DNA of 64,000 nucleotides. Origin: Chloroflexota bacterium (GTDB taxonomy: Bacteria > Chloroflexota > Dehalococcoidia > SHYB01). Below the pieces are notes generated by a model that had not been told where the DNA came from, made no database searches, and saw only the letters and a list, made by a program, of their open reading frames with translations. Each line of letters opens with the position of its first letter. Positions within the stretch are counted from its first letter, which is position 1. The position numbers were made by a program, and so were the translations under genes. The stretch lies in the NCBI GenBank assembly GCA_016875535.1, contig VGPF01000002.1, forward strand, positions 73,856-137,855, written 5' to 3'. Shown piece by piece: positions 19,365 through 28,586 of the stretch.

Positions 19365-19715
19365 GAGCGTCGCGCGGGCGGCTTCGGAGCGAAACTACGT
19401 CGGAGCAGAATAATGGCGGCGGTCCGGTAACCACAATCGAATAGCTCACACGCGAGATTGACCGGCAGACGTGAGTCGCTGTGCATGCTTGAAAGAGCGC
19501 CCTGGCCGTTGCAGCCTCGGCCGCAGCCTCCAGGTCGCACCGGCTCAGGGCACCGTGGGCAAGCTCTGGTTTCTACCAGGGCATGCAGCGTCGGCTGTCG
19601 AAAGGTCGGCGGCCGGCGCGTTAGAGTCTCGCAATCTCGGCCCGAGATGCATGTCCCATTTCCCAAACCACCAATAGCAGTTCGAACCACATACCGGACC
19701 GCCCGCGCGACGCTC
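19365..19715 (+). ncRNA. Unidentified ~350-nt highly structured RNA (ncRNA or orphan 5' leader)
   Basis: 17-bp perfect terminal inverted repeat, nested helices with G-U wobbles on the + strand, A/C-rich loops, no credible ORF. Confidence 0.6.
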
Positions 19716-19878
19716 AAAATCACCGGACAGGAACAACACAAAAGGAGGGAAAACAAAAATGTAGGGGCAACCCGGCGCCTGCCCTGAAGCTCAGCGAAAA
19801 GTGAGGGTGATTGCGTTCCCCGGCACTTGGCGGCGACGCTGCACATCGCTAGGATGTGGCTGTAAAAGCCGCATCCCC

Positions 19879-20628
19879 ATGCCCCACACGCCCCACATCG
19901 CACAGAAATGCCTCTCCCTCTCAGGAGACGGCGCTGAACTCCACGGCGAGCTCTTCACACCGGAAAGCGCTCTGCCGCTCCCCGGCGTCGTCCTCCTCCA
20001 TGACCGGCACGGCCTCACAGGCCATGTCCGTGACACCGCGCGTCGCCTGGCGGCGCAGGGCTATGCCGTTCTCGTCTTCGATCTCTTCTCCCGGGGCGAT
20101 GGCGACCGGCAAGACCCGCCCTCCAGGGAACAATCGCGCAAACTGTCCTTTTTCCCTGATGAGCGCGCCGTCCGCGATGTCCAGGCCGCCCTGGCTCGCC
20201 TTCGCAGCGAACCCGGTGTTGACCCCAAGCGCATTGCCCTGGGAGGCTTCTCCTTCGGCGCGCGCTATAGCCTCCTCACCGCCGGGACCGGCGAAGATGT
20301 GGCCGCCCTCTTCCTCTTCTACCCCGTCATCATCTATCCTGAGCTGCACGCCAGCCGCCCCAGGCAGCCCCTCTCCCTGGTGCACGCCATCAAATGCCCC
20401 GTCATGACCGTCTTCGGAGAGAAAGACTGGATGGTGCCGCTCCCGCACCAGACCTTCATGGAAGCGCTCCGCAAAGGCCACGGCCTGCCCCGCGAATGTA
20501 TCCGCTACCCCAGCGTCGGGCACGGCTTCTTCAACGAGGAGATCAAGCAATACGATAAGGCGGTCGCGGAAGACGCCTTCGCCAGGCTCATCGCTTTCCT
20601 GGAGCGGCATATCAAGCGCACAGGCTAA
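19879..20628 (+). CDS. Dienelactone hydrolase family alpha/beta hydrolase
   Basis: PGVVLLHDRHGL, GFSFG nucleophile elbow, FGEKD, GHGF. Confidence 0.9.
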   Translation: MPHTPHIAQKCLSLSGDGAELHGELFTPESALPLPGVVLLHDRHGLTGHVRDTARRLAAQGYAVLVFDLFSRGDGDRQDPPSREQSRKLSFFPDERAVRDVQAALARLRSEPGVDPKRIALGGFSFGARYSLLTAGTGEDVAALFLFYPVIIYPELHASRPRQPLSLVHAIKCPVMTVFGEKDWMVPLPHQTFMEALRKGHGLPRECIRYPSVGHGFFNEEIKQYDKAVAEDAFARLIAFLERHIKRTG

Positions 20629-21932
20629 ACGGCCAGCGACTCCAGGTCCGCCCAGAAGCGCGGATACGAAACATCCACCGCCTGCGCCTCGTTGATGGTC
20701 GTCTTCCCGGAGGCCACGAGCCCCGCCACAGCCGCGCACATCGCCAGCCGGTGGTCGCCGTGGCTCTCCCACACCGCGCCCGTAAGCTTCGCGCCTCCCT
20801 CGATCACCATGCCGTCCTTCAGCTCGCGCACCTTCGCCCCCAGCTTCGTCAGCTCGGAGGCCGTCGTCGCGATGCGGTCGCTCTCTTTGGTGCGCATCTC
20901 CTCGGCGTCGCGTATCTCCGTCGCCCCCTCTGCCATCGCCGCCGCAACGGCGAGGATCGGCAGCTCGTCAATAAGCCGGGGGATGATGGCGCCGCCGATC
21001 TTCACACCCTTCAGCCGCGATGACGTGACCCGGATATCGGCGACGGGCTCTCCGCCGATAAGGCGCTCCCTCTCGAGGGAAATCTTTGCCCCCATCTCGC
21101 GCAGCACGTCAATGACGCCCGTCCGCGAAGGGTTCACGCCCACCCCGCGGACCAGAACGTTCGCGTTGGAGTGGATCGCGGCTGCAACCATCCAGTAGGC
21201 GGCGGAGCTGATATCCCCAGGGACGGCTACATCCACCGGCTTCAGCACGCCAGGCTGCACAGTGATTCGCAGTCCCTCCACGGAGATCTTCGCCCCCATC
21301 GCCTTGAACATACGCTCCGTGTGGTCCCGGCTGACGGCAGGCTCCTCTACCGTCGTCTCGCCCTCGGCAAAAAGCCCCGCGATCAGAATCGCCGATTTCA
21401 CCTGGGCGCTGGCCACCGGCATGCGGTAGCGGATGCCGCGCAGCCTGCCGCCCCTGATAGTGAGCGGCGCCAGCGTATCGTTCGCCGCGCCGTGGATATC
21501 GGCGCCCATCAGGCGCAGCGGCTCGATCACCCGCGCCATCGGCCGACGCCTGAGCGATTCATCTCCCGTGATCACCGATTGGAAGGGTTGCGACGCCAGG
21601 AGCCCGCTCATCAGGCGCATCGTCGTGCCGCTGTTGGCGGCGTCCAGCGTCTCCTTCGGAGGCTTCAGCCCTTGGCCTCCGCGCCCTGTGATGTGCGCTG
21701 TCCCCTCGCCCTTCTCCTTGATCGTCACGCCCAGCGCGCGGAGACAGCGCATCGTCGCCAGGCAGTCTTCGCCGCGAAGGTGATTGGTGACCGTTGCAGA
21801 CCCGCCGGCGATGGCGTTGAAGATGAAGGCCCGGTGCGTGATGGACTTGTCCCCGGGGACAACAACCTCGCCGCGCAGGAGGCGCGGGCTTGTGACGGTG
21901 CGCGTCGAGACGGGCCGCTCGTTAGCGCCCAT
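20625..21932 (-). CDS. aroA: 3-phosphoshikimate 1-carboxyvinyltransferase (class II EPSPS)
   Basis: PGDKSITHR, NSGTTMR, SAQVKS, RDHTE, KESDR, DHR. Confidence 0.99.
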   Translation of the reverse strand: MGANERPVSTRTVTSPRLLRGEVVVPGDKSITHRAFIFNAIAGGSATVTNHLRGEDCLATMRCLRALGVTIKEKGEGTAHITGRGGQGLKPPKETLDAANSGTTMRLMSGLLASQPFQSVITGDESLRRRPMARVIEPLRLMGADIHGAANDTLAPLTIRGGRLRGIRYRMPVASAQVKSAILIAGLFAEGETTVEEPAVSRDHTERMFKAMGAKISVEGLRITVQPGVLKPVDVAVPGDISSAAYWMVAAAIHSNANVLVRGVGVNPSRTGVIDVLREMGAKISLERERLIGGEPVADIRVTSSRLKGVKIGGAIIPRLIDELPILAVAAAMAEGATEIRDAEEMRTKESDRIATTASELTKLGAKVRELKDGMVIEGGAKLTGAVWESHGDHRLAMCAAVAGLVASGKTTINEAQAVDVSYPRFWADLESLAV

Positions 21933-22938
21933 CCCTCTTCCCTTTGCCCTCGGCGCGCTCTTCGTAGCTCTCCATCAGGGTCCTGCTCTTCTTCGCAAGA
22001 AGATCGCCCAGGAAGACGGTCGAAAGCTGCTGGCCCATGGATGGGACCTTCACCTCGGGGGCCGCGGCGGGGCTCGTCACTGCGCCTGCCTCCCACTTCA
22101 CCCGCTCCTCATGGACAGCGCCGAAGTAGCGCGCCAGGGCCGCCTCGTTCTTATCGCGCAGGGCCTTGCGCAGCTCGAGAAGCTCCGTGATCGCGCGGTC
22201 AATCCACCCGCCGATCTCCTCGGCGTTCGTCATGTAGATATCCCGATTCATCGTCGGGTCGCCCCCGGCTAGGCGCGAAACATCGCGATAGCCGCTGGAG
22301 GCCAGGCGCGCGATCTCATGCCACGATGGGCTCTTTGATGTCGCCGAGACCAGGGCCGATGAAAGAGCGATGGGCAAGTGGCTCGCGGCGGCGACGAAGC
22401 TATCGTGCTCCTGGGGATCAAGGAAATACGGCTTCCCGCCGATGGTTTCAACGATGCCGACGACCGCTTCGACGGCCCAATCCGCGGCGTCCCGACTCGG
22501 GAAGAGACACCAGACCTTATCGCGAAAGAGCGTCGCCTCGCCCGCCTCCGGGCCGGAGGTCTCTTTCCCCGCCATCGGGTGCCCGCCGATGAAGCTCACG
22601 CTCTTCGGCAGGAACTCCTCGGCCCACTTCATCACCTGCTGCTTGGTGCTCCCGGTGTCCGTCACGGCGCACTGGGCGGGCATCTCCCTCCCGATCTCCT
22701 GAAGCACCTCGCGGATCGCGGAGACGGGAGTCGCGATGATGACGAGGTCGGCGCTCCGGACGGCATTGCGAAGGTTGCCCTCGGCTGAGTCTATAGCCAG
22801 CCTCTTGTGGGCCTGGCGCGCATTGCCGTGTTCCACATCGTAGCCCACGATCTTGATGCTCGCCTGTTTCGCGTTCTTTAAGCCAAGGCCGATCGAAGTG
22901 CCGATAAGCCCCATGCCGATGATGGTGATTTGCGCCAT
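21922..22938 (-). CDS. tyrA: Prephenate/arogenate dehydrogenase
   Basis: GMGLIGTS, TDTGSTK, GGHPMAG, HDSFVA..SHLP, GYRDVSRLA. Confidence 0.93.
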   Translation of the reverse strand: MAQITIIGMGLIGTSIGLGLKNAKQASIKIVGYDVEHGNARQAHKRLAIDSAEGNLRNAVRSADLVIIATPVSAIREVLQEIGREMPAQCAVTDTGSTKQQVMKWAEEFLPKSVSFIGGHPMAGKETSGPEAGEATLFRDKVWCLFPSRDAADWAVEAVVGIVETIGGKPYFLDPQEHDSFVAAASHLPIALSSALVSATSKSPSWHEIARLASSGYRDVSRLAGGDPTMNRDIYMTNAEEIGGWIDRAITELLELRKALRDKNEAALARYFGAVHEERVKWEAGAVTSPAAAPEVKVPSMGQQLSTVFLGDLLAKKSRTLMESYEERAEGKGKRDGR

Positions 22939-22952
22939 AAAAGACGTCCCTT

Positions 22953-24152
22953 CTACTTCTTCCGTCGCTGCAGGATCGCCGCGACCCGGTCCAAGATTCG
23001 CTGGGCAACCTCATACTTGGGCATCAGCGCCACCGGCTCCTGCTTCCCCTGGGAATCTATGATGACGACTCGATTATTATCCGAAGAGAAACCGGCATCC
23101 CTGGCCGAAACATCGTTGGCGACGATAAGGTCAAGGCGTTTCTTCTGCAGCTTGGCCTTGGCATTCGCGATGAGATTCTCCGTCTCCGCCGCAAAGCCCA
23201 CACGTACCTGACCGCCTTGGACTGTCGCCAGGATATCGGCGGTGGGCTTGAGGTCCACAACGTATGCCGCATCCTTTTTCTTGATCTTAGACTTGGCCGG
23301 GGATGCGGGCGTGTAATCGGCGACTGCGGCGGCCATGATGAGCGCGGATGCCCCCTTCACCACCTTGGCGACGGCATCGCGCATCTGGCGGGCCGTCTCC
23401 ACGTGAACGACATCAACGCCCACCGGGTCGGGCAAGGCCGTCGGCGCGGTGACCAGCGTTACCCTCGCGCCGCGGTCGCGCGCCGCTTCGGCGATGGCGT
23501 AGCCCATCTTGCCGGAGGAGCGGTTCGTGATGACGCGGACCGGGTCTATCGGCTCCTGGGTCCCGCCCGATGTGATCACCACGTGCCTGCCCCGAAGGTC
23601 GCCATCGCGCTTGCCTAGGACCTGGCTGATGGTCCCAAGGAGCTTGGCCGTCTCCGAAAGTCTACCGACGCCCGAGAGTCCCGAGGCGAGGTAGCCCCTG
23701 TCCGGGCCGATGAAGAGGACGCCGCGCCGCTGAAGCGTTTTGACGTTCTCCTGGGTCGCCGGGCTATCCCACATGTGGCCGTCCATCGCCGGAGCAACGA
23801 TGACCGGTGCGGCAGTGGCGAGGAGCGTGCATGTCAGCAGGTCGTCGGCAAGGCCGTGAGCCATCTTGGCCATGATGTTTGCCGTCGCGGGGGCGACAGC
23901 TACCACATCGGCGCGGTTCGCCAGTGCTACGTGCTCAACGCTCGTCTCGGAATCAGGGTCGAAGAGCTCCCGGTGGACGGTGCGATGGGTAAGACTGCTG
24001 AAGGTAAGGGCCGAGACGAACTTCTCCGCCTCACGCGTCATGACTACGTCCACGATGGCGCCCGCCTGGGTGAGCTTGCTTGCCAGGTCGGCGGCCTTGT
24101 AGGCGGCGATGCTCCCGGAGACGCCAAGGACGATGTGTTTCCCCTTAAGCAC
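22953..24152 (-). CDS. coaBC: Bifunctional PPC decarboxylase/synthetase
   Basis: GSIAAYKA, PATAN, PAMD, TQEPIDPVR.ITNRSSGKMG, AAVADY, GFAAET. Confidence 0.98.
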   Translation of the reverse strand: MLKGKHIVLGVSGSIAAYKAADLASKLTQAGAIVDVVMTREAEKFVSALTFSSLTHRTVHRELFDPDSETSVEHVALANRADVVAVAPATANIMAKMAHGLADDLLTCTLLATAAPVIVAPAMDGHMWDSPATQENVKTLQRRGVLFIGPDRGYLASGLSGVGRLSETAKLLGTISQVLGKRDGDLRGRHVVITSGGTQEPIDPVRVITNRSSGKMGYAIAEAARDRGARVTLVTAPTALPDPVGVDVVHVETARQMRDAVAKVVKGASALIMAAAVADYTPASPAKSKIKKKDAAYVVDLKPTADILATVQGGQVRVGFAAETENLIANAKAKLQKKRLDLIVANDVSARDAGFSSDNNRVVIIDSQGKQEPVALMPKYEVAQRILDRVAAILQRRKK

Positions 24153-24930
24153 GAGCGCCTGCCGCCTTTTCGTTCATCTCATAGAGGATGCGCAGGCCGA
24201 TGAGCACCAAGTCATAGTTCACGTGGTCCACCACCTTCGTTTCACTGGCGATGAGCCGGGCAAGGCCCCCGGTCGCCACGACCTTCGCGCCGCCGCCAAG
24301 CTCCTTCTGGAAGCGGGCAACCAGCCCTTCGATGAGGCCAACATACCCGTAGAAAAGCCCCGCCTGCATGCTGGCCACCGTGTTGCGTCCGATGGCCGCC
24401 TTCGGCCGGGCGAACTCGATACGCGGCAGCTTCGATGCGCGCTGGAAGAGGGCCTCCGCAGCGAGATTCACCCCGGGCGCGATCGCGCCGCCGAGGTAGT
24501 CGCCTTCAGCGGTTATCGCGTCAAACACGGTGGCCGTGCCGAAGTCAATCACGATCAGCGGCGCGCCGTAGAGCTTGCGAGCGGCGACGCCATGACAGAT
24601 CCGGTCGGAGCCAACCTCCCGGGGATTTTCATAGAGGACGCGCATCCCGGTCTTCGTCCCCGTGCCGACGACAACCGGGGTGACCTTGAAATACTGCTGA
24701 AAGATTTCCTCGAAAGTCGGGATCAACGGCGGGACGACGCTGCTGAAGATGCCCGCCTTCACATCGGTGAGCGCAAGGCCGTTGTGCTGGAGGATCTGCA
24801 TGCTCATCGCGGCGAACTCATCGGGCTGGCGGCGAACGTCGGTCGCCATGCGCCATGTTGCGCGCAGCTTCTCGCCGTCCCAGACGCCGTAGTTGATGTT
24901 CGTATTCCCAATGTCAATGGCAAGCAACAT
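24145..24930 (-). CDS. coaX: Type III pantothenate kinase
   Basis: LLAIDIGNTN, VGSDR, IDFGTAT.FD, GGAIAPG, ATGG. Confidence 0.97.
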   Translation of the reverse strand: MLLAIDIGNTNINYGVWDGEKLRATWRMATDVRRQPDEFAAMSMQILQHNGLALTDVKAGIFSSVVPPLIPTFEEIFQQYFKVTPVVVGTGTKTGMRVLYENPREVGSDRICHGVAARKLYGAPLIVIDFGTATVFDAITAEGDYLGGAIAPGVNLAAEALFQRASKLPRIEFARPKAAIGRNTVASMQAGLFYGYVGLIEGLVARFQKELGGGAKVVATGGLARLIASETKVVDHVNYDLVLIGLRILYEMNEKAAGARA

Positions 24931-24957
24931 GAAGGTCCTCGCGGTGGCAACCCAGAG

Positions 24958-24987
24958 ATTATACGGACTCCAGAGATGGGGGTGCAA
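24958..24987 (-). promoter_or_regulatory. Promoter of coaX-coaBC-tyrA-aroA
   Basis: TTGCAC-N18-TATAAT. Confidence 0.7.
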
Positions 24988-25017
24988 ACGGCCCGCTTCA
25001 GTGGGCCAGGGGGAAAG

Positions 25018-26577
25018 CTAGCCCCGAAGCGCCGCGATGGCCCGGGGAAGCCTCTGAAGGAGGTCTGAGGCGATGGCCCCGGTGTCGCCTACCTCCGAGC
25101 GGACCAGCTCACCCGCGGCGCCATGGAGGTAGGCCCCCAGGGCTGCGGCCTTCTCCGAGGACAAGCCCTGCCCCAGGAGGGCCGCCACCACGCCGGCCAG
25201 AACATCGCCTGTGCCAGCGGTGGCCAGGGCCGGGTTGGCAACCGGGTTGACGATAACTGCGCCGCCAGGAGAGGCGGTGAGGGAGTAGGCGCCCTTCAGG
25301 AGGACGACTTTTCCCCATGAGGAGGCCACCTTCTTTGAGATGCCGAAGCGGTTTGTCTGGACCTCTTTCACAGATAGCCTGGCAAGTCGCGACATCTCTC
25401 CGGGATGAGGCGTCAGAATTGCCTCTTTGGGAGTCCTTTTCGGCCAGGAGGGCATCCTCGCAAGGATATTCAGCGCATCGGCGTCTAAGACCACCCTTCC
25501 CCTGAAGGAGGCCGGCAAAGAGGCAAGCAGCTTTCTTATCGCCGTCTCCGCCTGGGGGTGCTGGCCCAGACCACAGCCGATAAGGAGGGCGTCATATCTA
25601 GCTCTAGCGGCTGCTTCCAGAATCTGGTTCGCCGCAGCCTCGCCATGGACGACGCCGTGAGCCGTCTCCTCAAGAGGCAGGTGCGTCGCCTCCGGGAGCA
25701 TCTTGGCGATAAGGGGGGAGAGGCTCTTGGGCGTCGCCAGGGTCACAAGGCCGGCTCCAGCCCTCAGGGCGCCTGCGCAGGCAAGATAGGCCGCGCCGAT
25801 ATAGTCGGCGGACCCGGCAAAGACCAGGACTCGGCCAAAGGTACCCTTGTTGGCATCAGCAGGACGGGACGGCAAGAGCGCCCTGGCCCACTCAGGCGTC
25901 GCCAACTCGATCTTGACGTCCTTGGCGAAGCTCTGCGGGATCCCGATGTCAACAACTTCCAGTCTGCCCACGCGCGCCGAGCCGGGGGCGCAGAAGAGTC
26001 CAACCTTGGGGAAGCCAAGGGTTATCGTGAGATCAGCGTGGGGCGTGGCGGGGTCGCAGGCGCCGGTATCAGCATCAAGGCCGGTGGGAAGATCAAGAGC
26101 GAAGAGTGAAAGCCCGCGACGGCGGGCCTTCTCCTGCGACACCAGGCGCAGGGCATCGCGTATCGCCCCTTGAAGAGGGCGGGCGCGTCCGGTGCCGAGC
26201 AAGGCATCGAGGACGGCACGGGCCGATGGAAGGTGCTTGGCTAAAGCAGCGCGGCTCTTTTCAGGCGGCACGATATCCAGCGCGCGCGCCGCCAGGGAGG
26301 CCATCTTCTCATCCGGCTCCCTGCGCGGGGCGCAGACGACCACATGGACCTTCGCTCCCCGATCGCTCAAGTGGCGCGCCGCGACGAGGCCATCGCCGCC
26401 GTTGTTCCCCGGGCCGACGAGCACCACGATATGCTCGCCCTGAAGACTCCCGATGCTCTTGCGCATCGCCTCCGCGACGGCCAGCCCTGCCTTTTCCATG
26501 AGGCTATCCGTGGAGATGCCGCTCGACTCACATCGCGCTTCGAGCCGCCGCATCTGGTCTATCGTCACGACCTTCAT
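25018..26577 (-). CDS. nnr: NAD(P)H-hydrate epimerase/dehydratase (YjeF)
   Basis: GPGNNGGDG, DALLGTG, DLPTG, KGTFG, LDADAL, TPHPGE, AGTGDVLAG. Confidence 0.96.
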   Translation of the reverse strand: MKVVTIDQMRRLEARCESSGISTDSLMEKAGLAVAEAMRKSIGSLQGEHIVVLVGPGNNGGDGLVAARHLSDRGAKVHVVVCAPRREPDEKMASLAARALDIVPPEKSRAALAKHLPSARAVLDALLGTGRARPLQGAIRDALRLVSQEKARRRGLSLFALDLPTGLDADTGACDPATPHADLTITLGFPKVGLFCAPGSARVGRLEVVDIGIPQSFAKDVKIELATPEWARALLPSRPADANKGTFGRVLVFAGSADYIGAAYLACAGALRAGAGLVTLATPKSLSPLIAKMLPEATHLPLEETAHGVVHGEAAANQILEAAARARYDALLIGCGLGQHPQAETAIRKLLASLPASFRGRVVLDADALNILARMPSWPKRTPKEAILTPHPGEMSRLARLSVKEVQTNRFGISKKVASSWGKVVLLKGAYSLTASPGGAVIVNPVANPALATAGTGDVLAGVVAALLGQGLSSEKAAALGAYLHGAAGELVRSEVGDTGAIASDLLQRLPRAIAALRG

Positions 26578-26939
26578 CTATCGCTCCCGACGACTGAGGC
26601 GACGGCGTACTCCTTGGAGTGAGAGAGGCTGATCGCCAGCTCCTTCACCCCGAGGAGCTTGGCACGCTCCTTGGCGCGGCCGTGAAGGTAGACGAGGGGC
26701 TTGCCCCGGCGGTTCGGCAGGACTTCGACCTCCCGCCAGCCGATGCCGCGGATGCCGGTGCCAAGGGCCTTCATCACGGCCTCTTTGGCGGCGAAACGGA
26801 CAGCGAGCTCGTGGATGCGGTCGCGGTACAACGTGATCTCCATCTCCGTGTAGACGCGCTTCAGAAAGGCTTCACCCCGGCGGGCGATGGCCTCTTCCAC
26901 CCGGGGGATCTCGACGATGTCCACGCCGACGGTCAGCAT
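26574..26939 (-). CDS. acpS: Holo-ACP synthase
   Basis: VGVDIVE, RFAAKEAVMKALG, SLSHS. Confidence 0.97.
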   Translation of the reverse strand: MLTVGVDIVEIPRVEEAIARRGEAFLKRVYTEMEITLYRDRIHELAVRFAAKEAVMKALGTGIRGIGWREVEVLPNRRGKPLVYLHGRAKERAKLLGVKELAISLSHSKEYAVASVVGSDR

Positions 26940-26951
26940 AGTTGCGCCGCC

Positions 26952-27836
26952 CTAGCGCAGGCCCGCCTGCTTCAATGCCTCGGGGATGAGATGCTCCCAC
27001 CCCATGGCCATCATGTGGACGCCACGGCAGATGGGACGCAGCTCCCTGATGATGCGCGCGGCGATGGCGATAGAGGCGGCCTCCTTATCGCTCGCTGAGT
27101 CTATCTCGGCGATCAAGGCCTCGGGCACGTGGATGCCCGGTATCTTCTCGTTCATGTACCGCGCCTGCTTGGCGGACTTCAAGAAGATGATGCCGGGGAT
27201 CATGGCGGCATCCAGGCCGGGCACATGCTTGATGAAGGCGGCATATTGGCCCGGCTCGTAGACGGCCTGGGTCTGGATGAACTGCGCCCCTGCCGCGACC
27301 TTTTTGCGGAGCTTGACCAGCTCCGGCTCCTGGGTCTTCGCGCCAGGGTTCGCGACGGCGCCGATGCAGAAGTTAGGCGTGCCTTGGAGCTTGTTGCCCG
27401 CTAGGTCCTTGCCCGAATTGAGCTGTTTCACAGTCGCCACAAGGGCGACCACGTCCAGATCGTTAACGGCCTTCGCCTCAGGGTGATCGCCGGTGCCGGG
27501 AGGGTCGCCGGTGAGGCAGAGAACATTGCTGATGCCGAGGATGGATGCGCCGAGAAGATCGCCCTGCATCACGACCCTGTTGCGGTCGCGGCAGGTCATC
27601 TGCATGATGGGCTCGATGCCGCGATCCTGAAGGGCCTTGGCCAGCGCCCAGGGAGAGGCACGCATAACGGAGGCCTGCTGATCGGTGACGTTAAAGGCGT
27701 CAACAATGCCTTTGAGCCGCTCGGCGGCGGCAAGCGGGGCTAGGATATCGGTGCCCTTTGGGGGCGCAAGTTCGGCGGTGACGAGGAACTTCCCGGAAGC
27801 GATGGTGTCAGATAATCGGCTCAACCTATCCTCCAC
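26952..27836 (-). CDS. metF: Methylenetetrahydrofolate reductase
   Basis: TAELAPPKG, NVTD, TCRDRNR, CLTGD, GAQFIQTQ. Confidence 0.9.
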   Translation of the reverse strand: MEDRLSRLSDTIASGKFLVTAELAPPKGTDILAPLAAAERLKGIVDAFNVTDQQASVMRASPWALAKALQDRGIEPIMQMTCRDRNRVVMQGDLLGASILGISNVLCLTGDPPGTGDHPEAKAVNDLDVVALVATVKQLNSGKDLAGNKLQGTPNFCIGAVANPGAKTQEPELVKLRKKVAAGAQFIQTQAVYEPGQYAAFIKHVPGLDAAMIPGIIFLKSAKQARYMNEKIPGIHVPEALIAEIDSASDKEAASIAIAARIIRELRPICRGVHMMAMGWEHLIPEALKQAGLR

Positions 27837-27904
27837 TTCTGCATGCCATTATATGGGCACACCTGGAGTCAGTCCAACGAACTCCCGCTATAATGATGGC
27901 GCTC

Positions 27905-28558
27905 ATGGGACTAGCCGAACGCCTCCGTAGACACGCCGCCGGACTCTGGCGCGCGAACCTTCGCCATCCCTTCGTGCACGGCATCGGCGACGGCTCGCTG
28001 CCCCTGGAGCGCTTCACCTACTTCCTGAAGCAGGACTACGTCTTCCTCATCGGCTACGCCAGGGCGCTCTCCCTGGCTTCAGCCAAGGCGCCGGACCATG
28101 AGGGCATGACGAAGTTCGCAGAACTGGCGCACGCGACACTCTCCCAGGAGATGGCGCTACACCGCCGCTACTGCGCAGGCTTCGCCATCAGCGCGAAAGC
28201 CCTTGAGCGCACCAACCCGGCAAGGGTCACGAGCGCCTATTCAGGTTATCTGATCCGAATCGCCAAGGCCGGCTCCATCCAGGAGATCGCGGCGGCGCTC
28301 TTGCCCTGCCAGTGGGGCTACAGCGACGTGGGGCTGCACCTAGCGAAGACGGGCGACCTTTCACCGAATAATCGCTACCGCGAGTGGATCGCCAGCTATG
28401 CCTCTCCCGAGTTCAAGGCAACGGCCGATTGGCTCCGCGGCTACCTGAACCGGCACGGGAAGGTCGTCACAGCGGCGCAGATGAAACGACTGGATACCAT
28501 CTTTGCCACGAGCGCGCGCCACGAATATGCTTTCTGGGAGATGGCGTGGCGCTCATGA
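27905..28558 (+). CDS. tenA: Thiaminase II
   Basis: HPFV.GI.DGSL, QDYVFL, LLPCQWGY, WI..YAS, EYAFWEMA; start could be 27893 or 27896. Confidence 0.93.
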   Translation: MGLAERLRRHAAGLWRANLRHPFVHGIGDGSLPLERFTYFLKQDYVFLIGYARALSLASAKAPDHEGMTKFAELAHATLSQEMALHRRYCAGFAISAKALERTNPARVTSAYSGYLIRIAKAGSIQEIAAALLPCQWGYSDVGLHLAKTGDLSPNNRYREWIASYASPEFKATADWLRGYLNRHGKVVTAAQMKRLDTIFATSARHEYAFWEMAWRS

Positions 28559-28586
28559 AGAAACATTGACGGCAACGGGAGCAGAC

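Noticed and set aside
19365..19715. RNase P RNA, tmRNA, SRP RNA or retron msr-msd identity
   Set aside because: No GAGGAAAGTCC, no tRNA-like ends, no SRP GGAA/AGCAG helix on either strand, and no reverse transcriptase in the window
18687..19903. ORFs of 60-220 aa on both strands of the long intergenic region
   Set aside because: No RBS, Arg/Pro/Gly-rich low-information translations and codon usage unlike neighbouring genes; RNA structure explains the region better
27837..27904. TPP or SAM riboswitch before tenA or metF
   Set aside because: Intergenic gap is under 70 nt and lacks the conserved aptamer words
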